Assembly: GCA_963702025.1 (NCBI GenBank)
Contig: OY969699.1
Location: 1,248,001 to 1,312,000, forward strand
Source of the DNA: an uncultured bacterium
GTDB taxonomy: Bacteria; Babelota; Babeliae; Babelales; Vermiphilaceae
Reading direction: 5' to 3'
DNA length: 64,000 nt
Positions within the stretch are counted from its first letter, which is position 1, and each line of letters opens with the position of its first letter. The notes below the pieces were generated by a model. The model ran no database searches and was not told the DNA's origin. It saw only the letters and a program-made list of their open reading frames with translations. The position numbers and the translations under genes were made by a program. This document shows, one piece after another, positions 47,761-58,070 of the stretch.

Positions 47761-47836
47761 TGGTGGGCCCACCAGGATTTGAACCTGGGACCTCTCGGTT
47801 ATGAGCCGATTGCTCTAACCGCTGAGCTATGGGCCC
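47761..47836 (-). tRNA. tRNA-Ile2 (CAT, lysidine-modified)
   Basis: GGGCCCATAGCTCAGCGG...CTCATAA...GGTTCAAATCC...GGGCCCACCA. The GGGCC acceptor stem is typical of Ile2 rather than Met. Confidence 0.88.
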
Positions 47837-47891
47837 GCTTAAAAAGCTACTCTAATGGTAAGCTAAAACAGGGTATTTGTGAAGCTTCTTT

Positions 47892-48899
47892 TTATGAAAC
47901 AAAAAGTAAAAAATCTTTCAGGCGTTCGCTATATCCCCATTCATTATCATACCAACCCATCACCTTGACCATGGAATCCTGAACATCGGTGGATAATCCA
48001 TCAATTATTACCGAATGTGGGTCACCCTTAAAATCACTTGAGACAAGCGGTTCATTGGTAAAACCAATAAGTGTGGATAGGTTCGTTTGTGAGGCCTTTA
48101 AAAACGCTGCATTAATGTCTTGTGTAGAGGTCTTCTTTTTAACATTTACGGTTAAATCTATCAATGAAACAATGCCCACCGGCACGCGTAGAGAACTTGC
48201 TGCAATGCACGATCCTAATTCCGGAAGAATCTTAGTAATCATTTTCGAGGCTCCGGTAGTAGTTGGTATAATATTCAAAGCCGCAGCACGTGAAAGGCGT
48301 AAGCTCTTTGCCTCAACATCAAGCAACACTTGTGAATTGGTATATGCATGTATTGTTGTCATAAAACCATTGAGTATGCCAAAATTGTCATTAATAACTT
48401 TGAGCATTGGTATAAAAGCATTTGTTGTGCAGCTTCCTAAGGAAACAATCTGATGTTTTTTGCTATCGAATAATTCCTGGTTGATACACGGAATAATACT
48501 GATATCTTCATCGGTTGCCGGCGCAGTTATCAAAACGTGTTGTGCGCCTGATTTTATGTGCCGTTCGGCATTTTCTCGTTTGGTAAAATGTCCGGAAGCA
48601 TCCACCACCCAGTCAACCTGATAGTTCTGCCAGCCAATATCCTCCGGATTACACTTGGCTACAACAGCAATGATCTTATCATCAATATGCAGTTTACCAC
48701 CATCCATGCGCACGTTGCCTGAATAGGTTCCCATAATGGTGTCATATTTAAACAGGTGGGCAATAACATCAATCTGCCCAGGACCAATATTAATTACGGC
48801 AACGTCAATTTTCTTATGCGTTGCTTTATCCGCTAAGAGTGTGCGTAAAAAAGCGCGACCGATTCTTCCAAAACCATTAATGGCAATACGCATAAGCAT
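47892..48899 (-). CDS. gap: Glyceraldehyde-3-phosphate dehydrogenase, type I
   Basis: INGFGRIGR, SCTTN, TTIHAYT, NIIPTTTGA and WYDNEWGY. Confidence 0.95.
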   Translation of the reverse strand: MLMRIAINGFGRIGRAFLRTLLADKATHKKIDVAVINIGPGQIDVIAHLFKYDTIMGTYSGNVRMDGGKLHIDDKIIAVVAKCNPEDIGWQNYQVDWVVDASGHFTKRENAERHIKSGAQHVLITAPATDEDISIIPCINQELFDSKKHQIVSLGSCTTNAFIPMLKVINDNFGILNGFMTTIHAYTNSQVLLDVEAKSLRLSRAAALNIIPTTTGASKMITKILPELGSCIAASSLRVPVGIVSLIDLTVNVKKKTSTQDINAAFLKASQTNLSTLIGFTNEPLVSSDFKGDPHSVIIDGLSTDVQDSMVKVMGWYDNEWGYSERLKDFLLFVS

Positions 48900-48936
48900 T
48901 ACTCCTTTTTTATGTATTTAAAACTCTTTTTTTGGT

Positions 48937-49752
48937 TTACCAATTACGTATTCGATCAAGCACAAGCAACTCTTCTTGTTCATCCATTATTGGCAATTCT
49001 AATATTATGGGCACATTGGCAAGATTCGGAATATGTATTATTTGCGGTAACGCGTCGGCAAGAAAGCCGGTTCCAGGATTTTCATGCCGATCAATAAGAG
49101 AGCCACATAGTTGCATAGTGTCATTAAGATGAATGAGGGCAATATTTGTAAACCCTACTGTTTGATCAACAAGTTGCAGGAAATCCTGACACTTTTGAGA
49201 ATCAGCTAGATCATAGCCATACGAGTATGCATGCGCAGTATCAAGACAAAATTGAACCTTTTCAGGGTGATCGAGCCGTTCTTTGATAAAAGAAAAATCA
49301 TGAAAATCACCACCAAGCGATCTGCCACCATGCGCAGAATTTTCAAGCACAATTACCAAATCATTTTCTGTTTTAGTAATTTTATTCAATTTTTTTGCAA
49401 TCAATCCTAATGCCGACGACTTATCCTTTACCCTTTTAGCGGCACCACAATGAAGCACAATATGGGTAAATGCTAATTTTTTTGCTAAGTCGATTTCCCG
49501 TAACAAAATTTTATTGCCCGAATATTCACTGGCAAGATTGATCCAATAAGAACCATGCAAATAGATGTTTTTAAATAAGGGGCGCCAGTCCTTTAAAAAA
49601 GTTGCAATTTCTGCATCAGTAAGCTGAATAAACGTATTGGTTTCTTGATGAATAAAGAAACATTGAAAAATTGGCATTTTGAAAGCATGAGCTTTTTGTG
49701 CCACATCAAAAATGGTTCCGGTAAGACGAATATGCAAGCCAAGCATTTTCAC
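48937..49752 (-). CDS. nfo: Endonuclease IV
   Basis: HGSY.INLAS, LENSA, CLDTAH, HLND, DRHE and ILE.P. Confidence 0.92.
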   Translation of the reverse strand: MKMLGLHIRLTGTIFDVAQKAHAFKMPIFQCFFIHQETNTFIQLTDAEIATFLKDWRPLFKNIYLHGSYWINLASEYSGNKILLREIDLAKKLAFTHIVLHCGAAKRVKDKSSALGLIAKKLNKITKTENDLVIVLENSAHGGRSLGGDFHDFSFIKERLDHPEKVQFCLDTAHAYSYGYDLADSQKCQDFLQLVDQTVGFTNIALIHLNDTMQLCGSLIDRHENPGTGFLADALPQIIHIPNLANVPIILELPIMDEQEELLVLDRIRNW

Positions 49753-49756
49753 TATA

Positions 49757-51166
49757 TTATCTTTGATTAAGAGCTTTTTCTAATACGTTTTTTGCAAAAT
49801 ATGGGGCCAATGCTTCAAAAATATCTTTTTTTATTTTTTCAAATCCTTGCAGCGAATCAGATTCGAATCGCACACTCAACACGGGTTGCGTATTAGACAC
49901 ACGAATACTGGTCCAGCCATAGGGAAAATGCGCCCGCACGCCATCAATGGTGATTAATTCGACATCTTTCCGTTTGCCAAATTCTTTTTTTAGATGCTCA
50001 ACAATTTTAAACTTTTCTTCATCGGTACTCGGAATTCGAATTTCGGGCGAACTAATTTTTTTGGGGAAAATACGTAACAATTCATCAAGAGGTTTTCCTG
50101 ATTTCACTATAATTTCCAACAAACGCATCATTGCATATATACCATCATCATAGCCAAAATAACGATCCTCAAAGAAAAAGTGGCAACTCAATTCACCGCC
50201 CAAAAGAGCAGTATGCTCATTCATTTTTTCTTTTATAATGGCATGGCCACAGGGAGAAATATAGGGTTTGGCATGCCACTGTTGTAAAAGTTCAACTAAT
50301 CCCTGAGAACATTTCACATCAAAGACTATGGCAGCATGGGGATTATCCTTTAAAAAATCCTGCGCGAAAAGAGCAAGTAATTGATCCCCGGGTACTAAAA
50401 AACCCTTTTTGGTCATTGCATCCATACGATCACAATCACCATCAAGGCCAATGCCAACTGCTGCGTCAGTTTTTTTTAATGCAGCTTTTACATCGACCAT
50501 ATTCTTTTGGATGGTCGGGTCAGCTTCATGATTAGGATAGGTGCCATCAACTTCCACACAAAGAAGTTGTACATTTTTCCACTGCATACGCTCAACAAGT
50601 TGCGGCAAAACACTGCCTCCTGCACCATTACCGCTATCGATAATAATAGGAAGTTTCATGCCAACTAATGATGGAAAATAATTATGCATCGCAGCAACAT
50701 ACTCATCAATTAAATTATGGCTTTTTATACTTCCCCTAACTTTAGCAATTGGAACAAGTTGCTCTTCTTTATAGAGATCATATATCTCTTTTATCTGAGA
50801 TCCCCAGATTGTTTTCGTGCCAAGTAATAATTTAATGCCATTATATTCTTTAGGATTATGAGATGCGGTAATCATAAGCCCTGCATCAACATTGAATGTA
50901 TATAGACCATAATAAAGAACCGGCGATGGGCATATACCTAGCACAATTACATCAAATCCGCAATCTTGCAGCGCACCGACCATGGCATCTTGAATTGCGG
51001 GAGAACTAACTCTTCCATCTCTGCCCACCAGAACAGTCTTGAGCCCGGGCTTTTGGCGAACAAAATACATCATAATCGCGCGAGTAAGATTATACACATC
51101 ATCAATGATTAACTCAGTGCCTACCTTACCCCGAATATCATATTCACGAAAAATAGAATGATGCAT
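49757..51166 (-). CDS. Phosphomannomutase/phosphoglucomutase
   Basis: IFREYDIRG, TASHNP, DGDCDR, GELSCH and SNTQP. Confidence 0.95.
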   Translation of the reverse strand: MHHSIFREYDIRGKVGTELIIDDVYNLTRAIMMYFVRQKPGLKTVLVGRDGRVSSPAIQDAMVGALQDCGFDVIVLGICPSPVLYYGLYTFNVDAGLMITASHNPKEYNGIKLLLGTKTIWGSQIKEIYDLYKEEQLVPIAKVRGSIKSHNLIDEYVAAMHNYFPSLVGMKLPIIIDSGNGAGGSVLPQLVERMQWKNVQLLCVEVDGTYPNHEADPTIQKNMVDVKAALKKTDAAVGIGLDGDCDRMDAMTKKGFLVPGDQLLALFAQDFLKDNPHAAIVFDVKCSQGLVELLQQWHAKPYISPCGHAIIKEKMNEHTALLGGELSCHFFFEDRYFGYDDGIYAMMRLLEIIVKSGKPLDELLRIFPKKISSPEIRIPSTDEEKFKIVEHLKKEFGKRKDVELITIDGVRAHFPYGWTSIRVSNTQPVLSVRFESDSLQGFEKIKKDIFEALAPYFAKNVLEKALNQR

Positions 51167-51184
51167 TTTGTTCGCCTTGTTATT

Positions 51185-51640
51185 TTATTTAATGCCGATA
51201 AGCTCAACATCAAAAATAAGTGTAGCATTGGCAGGAATTACTGCACCAACGGCTCTATTGCCATACGCTAATGAAGGTGGGATAATTAAGCGGCGTGTTT
51301 CACCAACTTTCATCTGCATCACCCCTTGATCCCATCCCAGAATTACTTGCCCACGACCAATGACAAATTGGAAAGGTGTACCGCGATCTTTACTGCTATC
51401 AAACTTTTTTCCTTGTACAGGATTGCCATTCTTATCCCGTTCTTCCAGCCAGCCGGTATAATGAACCGTTACCACATCGCCTATTTTTGGCGATTTTGCT
51501 TGGGCATCTTTAGTCGGGACCAGTATCTCAAAGCGCAACCCTTGGGTTGATTTAGTGGCACATGAATCAGATTTACACATTGTGGTTGCTCCTATGTTAA
51601 GGCTTAACAGCAGTGAAAGTGGCAATATCATTTTGTTCAT
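51185..51640 (-). CDS. Exported FKBP-type peptidyl-prolyl isomerase
   Basis: VHYTGWL, FDSS, VI.GWDQG, LAYG and IPANATLIFDVEL. Confidence 0.93.
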   Translation of the reverse strand: MNKMILPLSLLLSLNIGATTMCKSDSCATKSTQGLRFEILVPTKDAQAKSPKIGDVVTVHYTGWLEERDKNGNPVQGKKFDSSKDRGTPFQFVIGRGQVILGWDQGVMQMKVGETRRLIIPPSLAYGNRAVGAVIPANATLIFDVELIGIK

Positions 51641-51842
51641 ATATTCTCCTATAAAACTTATATTTGGGACGTTTAATCACTATACCATTTTTGCATATAA
51701 TGCTATTAATCTTAATAGCATCTTAAAAATCAAGCAAATACGGATTTTTCTGATTCTTCTGATTCAACAACAATCCTGACAAAAATATGAAATAACGGTA
51801 TACTGCACACAATAAAATTCTCTTTCATCTGTTGGGTAGGCA

Positions 51843-54551
51843 ATGATTCCGATAAAACTGCAAATTAAAAACTTTTTAAGCTACGGACCGGAAATACAAA
51901 CAATCGAGTTTGGCAACTATCCGCTCATTTGTCTTTCGGGTAAAAACGGCCATGGCAAGTCAGCACTTCTTGATGCGATTACCTGGGCACTCTGGGGAGA
52001 GGCGCGTAAATTGGGGGGCAATGCTAAAGCAGATCAGGGCCTCTTGCGTTTAGGCCAAACACAGATGATGATTTGCCTTGATTTTGAATGCGGTCAAAAT
52101 AGGTATCGCGTTCGGCGCGAATTCATGCAAACCTATGGCAAGCCTGTTTCCATACTTGAATTTGGCATGCTGCAAGATGCTGAGCATTTTATACCCCTTA
52201 CCGAAAAAACAATTCGGGATACCCAAGCCAAAATTGAGCAAACCTTGCACCTCTCATTCGATGCATTCATTAACTCGGCATTTCTCCGGCAAGGGCAGGC
52301 AAATGAATTTTCAAAAAAATCCCCCAAGGAACGTAAAGAAATTCTTGGCTCCATTCTCGGTCTTGATCAATATGAAACCATCAGAAAGCTTGCATCTGAA
52401 AAAATACGCCACACAAATACTTATAAAATTCACCTTTCAACGCTCACCACTAAACTTGAACAGGAATTGGCACAATCAACGCATATCGTTGAAAGATTAG
52501 CAGCTCTGGAACAAAAAAAACGGGAAATAAGCACTCAAGAAGAACAAAATGAACAAACAAAAAAAACTTTAGAACAAGATAGCCTCCAGTTACAATCAGC
52601 ACGGCAACACCATGCAATGCTCGAATATCAGCACCAACAATTGCTCAATGAACAAGATTCATTACGAACTAAATTAAAAAAAATAGTAGCCGTATGGCGC
52701 GCCATACATCAACAACAACTAGCAGGCGCCGATTATGCACTGTTTGAACAGCAAAAAAAACAGATAATCGAACAAATTAGTGGTCATCAAAAAAAATTGC
52801 AAGAACAACTCACGCTCAAACAAGAATTGTTGCTTTTGCAGGAACAAAAATCTCATTATGCGCAGGCTTTTCAAGAAAAAAAATCGCATGAACTTACTAA
52901 AAAGAAAATTGCTCTTGAACGTCTTTTTGCAGAAAAAAATCATCTGGATACAACGCTCAAAGATGCAGAAAATCTTTTGGCCCGTAAAGAGCGTGAGGTA
53001 AAAAATTATACCCATGAATTGCAGCTTTTAGAAAGACAACTAACCCATGATACTCAATCCCATAAAAATATAGAAAAGCAATTTGAAAAGCGCAAAGAGC
53101 ATTACCAGCAGTGGGTCGCCCAGGCAAATATGATCAGTAAAGAGTTGGGTATGATTGAGCAAAAAAATAGACTTGTTCATGATGAAGAATCACCCAGCTG
53201 CCCGCTTTGTGAACAGAACCTTTCAGCATCGCGAAAACGATTTTTGAAACAAAAGTTTGAGGATGAAAAAGATTTACTCAAACATCGATTCAACAAATTA
53301 AGTGTGGTTATAACAAAACTAAAAACCATTCTAGTGAATCAACATGAAGAGCTGACAGCAATCAAAAAAAAGGAACATGAATTTCAAAGTATCACCATAA
53401 AAAAAGATTCACTTTGCAAAACGCTGGATAAATATCAGCTCGAGAAAAATGAGATTCAAGCCACCCAAACAAAATACAAAGAACTTTTAGTCATTTTGCT
53501 TGAAACTATAAAAACAGAACAAAATGCCCTTGAACAACAGGTCATCGCAAGCAGGGTTGAACTTGAATCCGATGCTGATTACCTAAAAATAGTTGCAGCG
53601 ATCCAAAAAATCGAAAAAAATCTGTCGGGCAATGGGTATGAAAAAGCGAGTCATGAGCAAGCGCAAAAGGTTCTCACGGCATTAGAAAAAGAGCTTGCAC
53701 TGTATAAAGAATTACAAGAACAATCCCTCTTTCAACAGCAACGCATGCAAGAAGTTGCCGCACTCATCACCTCACTCAAAGCATTGCGCCAACAGTTGCA
53801 GCAAGTCATCGCTCAGTTACCCGATAGTAAAAAACTTAATGAACAAGAACATCTACTTAAGCAACGCAAACAAGAGCTTGCTACACTTGCCGCGCACATT
53901 ATGCGTGAAAAAGAACACCTTTTGCAAGAACAAGGGAGCCTGGAAAATCAACATAAAAAACTAGAACAAACAAAACAGGAGCATGCCGGCCTGCAAAAAG
54001 AATTAATAATCTGCAGCCAAACGATTGATGATTATCAAGCAATCGCCAACGCCACCGGCAAGGATGGCATACAAGCACTCCTCATCGAGGATGCGATTCC
54101 AGAAATCGAACAAGAAACTAATGATCTACTTTCTAAGCTTACCGATAACCAGACGCATCTTTTTATCGAATCATTGCGCGACTTAAAAAAAGGTGGCACC
54201 AAAGAAACGCTTGATATTAAAATCTCCGATTCTGCCGGCATCCGACCCTATGAATTATTTTCCGGCGGCGAAGCGTTTCGAATTGATTTTGCGTTACGCA
54301 TTGCGATTTCAAAATTGCTAGCGCGCCGTGCAGGCACCTCATTAAAAACATTAATAATCGATGAAGGTTTCGGGTCGCAAGATGAGGAAGGGCTTTCTCA
54401 TATTATGGATGCCCTCTATAAAATTCAGGATGATTTTACTAAAATTATTATTGTTTCACATTTAAGTAGCATGAAAAATCAATTTCCCGTACACTTTGTT
54501 ATCGAAAAAGGACCAAATGGCAGCATCATAGAAATAATCGAACAGGGATAA
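51843..54551 (+). CDS. sbcC: SbcC/Rad50-type SMC ATPase
   Basis: NFLSY, GKNGHGKS, QG Q-loop, zinc hook CPLC, FSGGE and DEGFGSQD. Confidence 0.9.
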   Translation: MIPIKLQIKNFLSYGPEIQTIEFGNYPLICLSGKNGHGKSALLDAITWALWGEARKLGGNAKADQGLLRLGQTQMMICLDFECGQNRYRVRREFMQTYGKPVSILEFGMLQDAEHFIPLTEKTIRDTQAKIEQTLHLSFDAFINSAFLRQGQANEFSKKSPKERKEILGSILGLDQYETIRKLASEKIRHTNTYKIHLSTLTTKLEQELAQSTHIVERLAALEQKKREISTQEEQNEQTKKTLEQDSLQLQSARQHHAMLEYQHQQLLNEQDSLRTKLKKIVAVWRAIHQQQLAGADYALFEQQKKQIIEQISGHQKKLQEQLTLKQELLLLQEQKSHYAQAFQEKKSHELTKKKIALERLFAEKNHLDTTLKDAENLLARKEREVKNYTHELQLLERQLTHDTQSHKNIEKQFEKRKEHYQQWVAQANMISKELGMIEQKNRLVHDEESPSCPLCEQNLSASRKRFLKQKFEDEKDLLKHRFNKLSVVITKLKTILVNQHEELTAIKKKEHEFQSITIKKDSLCKTLDKYQLEKNEIQATQTKYKELLVILLETIKTEQNALEQQVIASRVELESDADYLKIVAAIQKIEKNLSGNGYEKASHEQAQKVLTALEKELALYKELQEQSLFQQQRMQEVAALITSLKALRQQLQQVIAQLPDSKKLNEQEHLLKQRKQELATLAAHIMREKEHLLQEQGSLENQHKKLEQTKQEHAGLQKELIICSQTIDDYQAIANATGKDGIQALLIEDAIPEIEQETNDLLSKLTDNQTHLFIESLRDLKKGGTKETLDIKISDSAGIRPYELFSGGEAFRIDFALRIAISKLLARRAGTSLKTLIIDEGFGSQDEEGLSHIMDALYKIQDDFTKIIIVSHLSSMKNQFPVHFVIEKGPNGSIIEIIEQG

Positions 54552-54651
54552 TACAAAGGTGGTATTAAGATAAAATTACTCAAATATCAATTTCACGACT
54601 TTATTACCATTAAAGAAACTTAGTAATAGAAAATATGAAAGGAAAATTTTT

Positions 54652-55389
54652 ATGAAGATACTATTTATTATCAGCTTATTTGCATCAATTAGCTATACTG
54701 GAACGAGAACAATGACGCTTTCAGTTCCTTTTGATGGTAATTTACAAGAAGCAGAAAAGTATGTTCAATCAACGGAAAAGGTGGACCCTAATCTTATGAT
54801 TCAAACAATCTCTGCAGGAGCTTTTGATATAGCAAAACTATTACTTACCGGCAAAGATGATAATAAAAAATCTGCCGAAATTATACCAACACCAGCCGCA
54901 ATACAATTTAATGAAAAAATTAAAAACGGGACTATTATTTGGAAATATGAAACAAATCAATATGTTGTACCAACAGATGTTTTTCAAGATTTGCCTTTAA
55001 AAAATCCGCGTGTTGCACAAAAATACCTTGGCTCGCCTCTGTATCTACCCCTCCATGACGTAGCAGCAATGAATGAAAGTCAAGCAAAAAACGTCTCAAA
55101 ATTTATCAAATGGTTGGTGAGCCATGCAAACGTCAATCCGAATATTGTTGAGCCATACCGTAACAGAACCGCGTTGCACTGCGCATTGTTATCTGGATCA
55201 CCAACTATAATCGAAAGCCTTTTAGAATATAATTTGCTTCCCTCACTGAACATTGAAGACTGCGACGGCCAAACACCTTTAAAAATTGCACAAGAAAATA
55301 AAAGAATTGAAGAACTACTCAATCCTTATTTGGGAAAATATGGACTCTCTCTGGTGACACGCAAAAATTGCAAAAGGACAGAGCATTAA
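54652..55389 (+). CDS. Exported ankyrin-repeat protein
   Basis: PLHDVA, RTALHCA and DGQTPLKIA. Signal peptide. Confidence 0.8.
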   Translation: MKILFIISLFASISYTGTRTMTLSVPFDGNLQEAEKYVQSTEKVDPNLMIQTISAGAFDIAKLLLTGKDDNKKSAEIIPTPAAIQFNEKIKNGTIIWKYETNQYVVPTDVFQDLPLKNPRVAQKYLGSPLYLPLHDVAAMNESQAKNVSKFIKWLVSHANVNPNIVEPYRNRTALHCALLSGSPTIIESLLEYNLLPSLNIEDCDGQTPLKIAQENKRIEELLNPYLGKYGLSLVTRKNCKRTEH

Positions 55390-55438
55390 AAAGGTCCTAC
55401 TGACAGCATAGGTAGAAATCATCGAACATGGATATGCA

Positions 55439-55900
55439 ATGAAAAAACTAATTCTTATTACATGTACCTTCATTTACGCCATCCACGGGAATACACCGAA
55501 CATTCAAGAAAAAAAAGAATCAGTCTTTAAAAAATATTGCAAAAACACTGCAATTATTACCGGAACATATCTGATAACAAAATCTGTTGAGGAGCTATCC
55601 CATTACTTAGCAGCAAAAGCTATCGGGTCCAAAAAATCCACAGTTAAAATAAACTGTGAATTATCAACCATCATCAAGCAGGGTCCTTTTACTTATAGTG
55701 AGTTCCCTTTCCGCGCGCTCGTGTTTCAAGCGGCGGGACCTGTTACTGCCTATATTCTATTTAAAGCATCTGAAAAAATACCTAATTCGAATGAAAAAAA
55801 ATATATAATATTGGGTACATTTGCTAATTTATGCCATAGTGTTATTGGTGATGGATGGGCAATGATTCAAAATATAAAAGAAAATTGTATAAAAAAATAA
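55439..55900 (+). CDS. Peptidase M50-like membrane protein, degenerate (EELSH)
   Basis: EELSHYLAAK, AAGP and GDG; paralog of the interrupted gene downstream. Confidence 0.6.
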   Translation: MKKLILITCTFIYAIHGNTPNIQEKKESVFKKYCKNTAIITGTYLITKSVEELSHYLAAKAIGSKKSTVKINCELSTIIKQGPFTYSEFPFRALVFQAAGPVTAYILFKASEKIPNSNEKKYIILGTFANLCHSVIGDGWAMIQNIKENCIKK

Positions 55901-55942
55901 TATGAAATTATGAAAAAAATCATATCTATTTTATTTGTCTTA

Positions 55943-56899
55943 TAGCGAGCTTCACTAGGCCTCACACATTTCTCCCAATGTTTTGACTGCGGCCTCATAA
56001 AAATCTTTTATTCCCTCTGCGGCCTTTCGAATCGCATTTTTGACAGTAGCCCATCGATGTTCTATTGGGTTAAAATCTGGAGAATATGGTGGTAAAAAAA
56101 TGATTCTACAACCAACTGCTTCAATGAGTTCAACTACTTTTTTAGATTTGTGGAAGCTGGCATTATCGATTACAACAACCATTCCAGGCTTTAATGCAGG
56201 AGCTAAAACTTGTTCCACGTAAGTTTCATAAGTATCAGCAGTTGAATATCCTTCAAATAAAAATGGCGCAAATAATAAATTTAAATTCAGCGCAGCGGTG
56301 ATATTATAGCGCGTTATTCTCTCAGCTTTTTTTATTGCGTGGCATCGCTCGCCCTCTGGCGCCCAGCCAGCATTTGGCACTTCATTATCGTCGATTCCCG
56401 TTTCATCAGAATAGACAATGAGCGCAGGATCGATATTTTCTATTTCTTCTAAAAATTGTTTGCGTTTATCTGCATTCGCTTCGATGTAACCAAAAGTTTT
56501 TTTTTGATGTGTAACCAATTTTTTTAAGTGCTCGTTGTATCGTGATATCCGATATGCAAACATTTGTAATTTTTTCCCACTCAATCGCCATTTTTAATGA
56601 AGTAAAATGTTGGTTTTCTTTTGCAAATTCTTTAAATTTTTCCCAATCAGTAATTTTATGACTGTGTCCATTCTGATAGCCGGATTTTGGCGCAAGGCTA
56701 TTCACTTCTTGGCGCAACTTAAGCCAGTTATAAATTGCGTTTCGCCCAACTTTGAATAATTTAGCCACATCAGTTATACGCATTCCATCATCTACTGCAG
56801 CTATTACTCGTTTTCTTAAATCTATGCCAAGTGCCATACTTTCTCCTTAAGTTTGAAGAAATCTTAGCATATCTGTTTGTTATTTAAAGAAGTTTGCTA
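55943..56899 (-). mobile_element. IS630-family insertion sequence (about 957 bp)
   Basis: Imperfect terminal IRs TAGCGAGCTTC/TAGCAAACTTC, TA on both sides (55941-55942 and 56900-56901), split transposase. Confidence 0.92.
55955..56837 (-). CDS. IS630 transposase, frameshifted (HTH ORF 56466-56837 plus DDE ORF ending at 55955)
   Basis: DLRKRV HTH; DETG, DNASFH and LPPYSPDFNPIE. The frames switch at the A9 run at 56497-56505. Confidence 0.92.
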
Positions 56900-57444
56900 T
56901 ATTACTTAACTGCGGCACTACAAAACCCCAGGGTTTTACTACCAATGCTGGCCAAACCTATATCAATACTGCAACATTTCTTACCACACGCATTCTTGCG
57001 TGCTTAGCACACGAGGCTGCCCATTATGCCGCAGCAAAAGCACTAAATGCCAATAATGTAACTATACAATTACAACCATCTATTATTGGCTCAACCCGAT
57101 TCAAAATCGATGATGCAGCGGGTATCCGGATTGCATTAATTCATGCAGCCGGTCCGCTGGCAGAATTGCTTTTTAGCTATGGCATGTTAAAATTCGCCCA
57201 GAAATTACCTCAATCATTGAATGGGGTTTTAGGAATTAAATGGGGCGCAATAAGTGGCATTATCACAAGTATTGCCAACGTAATACCCTGTCGAATGAAA
57301 GGTTCTGAATGTGGGACTGATGGCTATGAGATCCAAGAAGCGTTACTGCATAAGACTGTTATTGCCCAACCTTTGTCTGAACAAGTTGACGTGAAATAAT
57401 CCATCATAAAAAAAGAGATATGCCAAAAACTGGCTTCAATTCAA

Positions 57445-57678
57445 TTATTCAATAGCGATAACTTCCTTAATTGTCGGAAGTTCAATCTGAAGTGCTTCTT
57501 CTATTCCCAATTTGAGTGTCATCGTAGAAATGGGGCATGATACACATGCCCCATGAAATTTAACGTAGACAATATCATCTTCATATTTAACAAATTCAAT
57601 ATCGCCACCGTGACCTTGAATCATCGGCCGAAGCTGGTCAAGTACCGCTTCGATCTGAGTACGAATGTCTAAAGTCAT
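57445..57678 (-). CDS. NifU-like C-terminal domain protein
   Basis: LRP....HGGDIE, GACVSCP.S..TLK.GIE. Start overlaps the rplQ stop (TAATG). Confidence 0.9.
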   Translation of the reverse strand: MTLDIRTQIEAVLDQLRPMIQGHGGDIEFVKYEDDIVYVKFHGACVSCPISTMTLKLGIEEALQIELPTIKEVIAIE

Positions 57679-58034
57679 TATACCCATTCAAGACGTGCGA
57701 TATCAGCAGTATCACTCGCGCGTTTTCCCATAGGAATAACACGGGTGTAGCCACCGGGACGAGACACATACTTTGGCGCAATTTCGGTAAACAATTTTAC
57801 CAATGCTTCATCTTTATACGGCAAAATCGCTTTTGCGCGGCGGCGTGCATTAAAGTTATTACCTTCACGCGCCAACGTTACCAGTTTTTCAGCAAATTTT
57901 TGCACTTCTTTAACCGTGGCCTTAGTTGAAGTCAGATGGCCATAGGTAATCAAATGAATCACTTGATTACGCATCAATGACTTTTTGTGTGCCGGCTTGA
58001 GGTTTAATTTTCTTTTTCCGTTTTGATGTCTCAT
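57678..58034 (-). CDS. rplQ: 50S ribosomal protein L17
   Basis: MRH...RKL and RPGGYTR; follows rpoA. Confidence 0.97.
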   Translation of the reverse strand: MRHQNGKRKLNLKPAHKKSLMRNQVIHLITYGHLTSTKATVKEVQKFAEKLVTLAREGNNFNARRRAKAILPYKDEALVKLFTEIAPKYVSRPGGYTRVIPMGKRASDTADIARLEWV

Positions 58035-58070
58035 GACTGCAAAACCTTCACAATAGTAAAAACTTTTAAG

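Larger units (their letters stand above)
55910..57399 (+). pseudogene. Peptidase M50-like gene interrupted by IS630
   Basis: Removing the IS and one TA joins MKKIISILFVL (55910-55942) in frame to LLNCG...HEAAH...AAGP...NVIP...TDG (56902-57399), giving 176 aa. Confidence 0.85.

Noticed and set aside
35515..47836. Integrated element bounded by tRNAs
   Set aside because: No integrase, no duplicated tRNA 3' end, and the content is housekeeping.
47592..47982. ORFs 47592-47804 and 47653-47982
   Set aside because: They overlap the repeat cluster, tRNA-Ile2 and gap on the opposite strand, with no protein motifs.
51843..54551. SMC ATPase as Wadjet/Lamassu-type defence
   Set aside because: Zinc hook and SbcC signatures fit ordinary SbcC/Rad50; no jet or lmu partners nearby, and sbcD may lie elsewhere.
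57166..57399. Independent 77-aa gene
   Set aside because: It is the 3' end of the IS630-interrupted peptidase, in frame from 56902.
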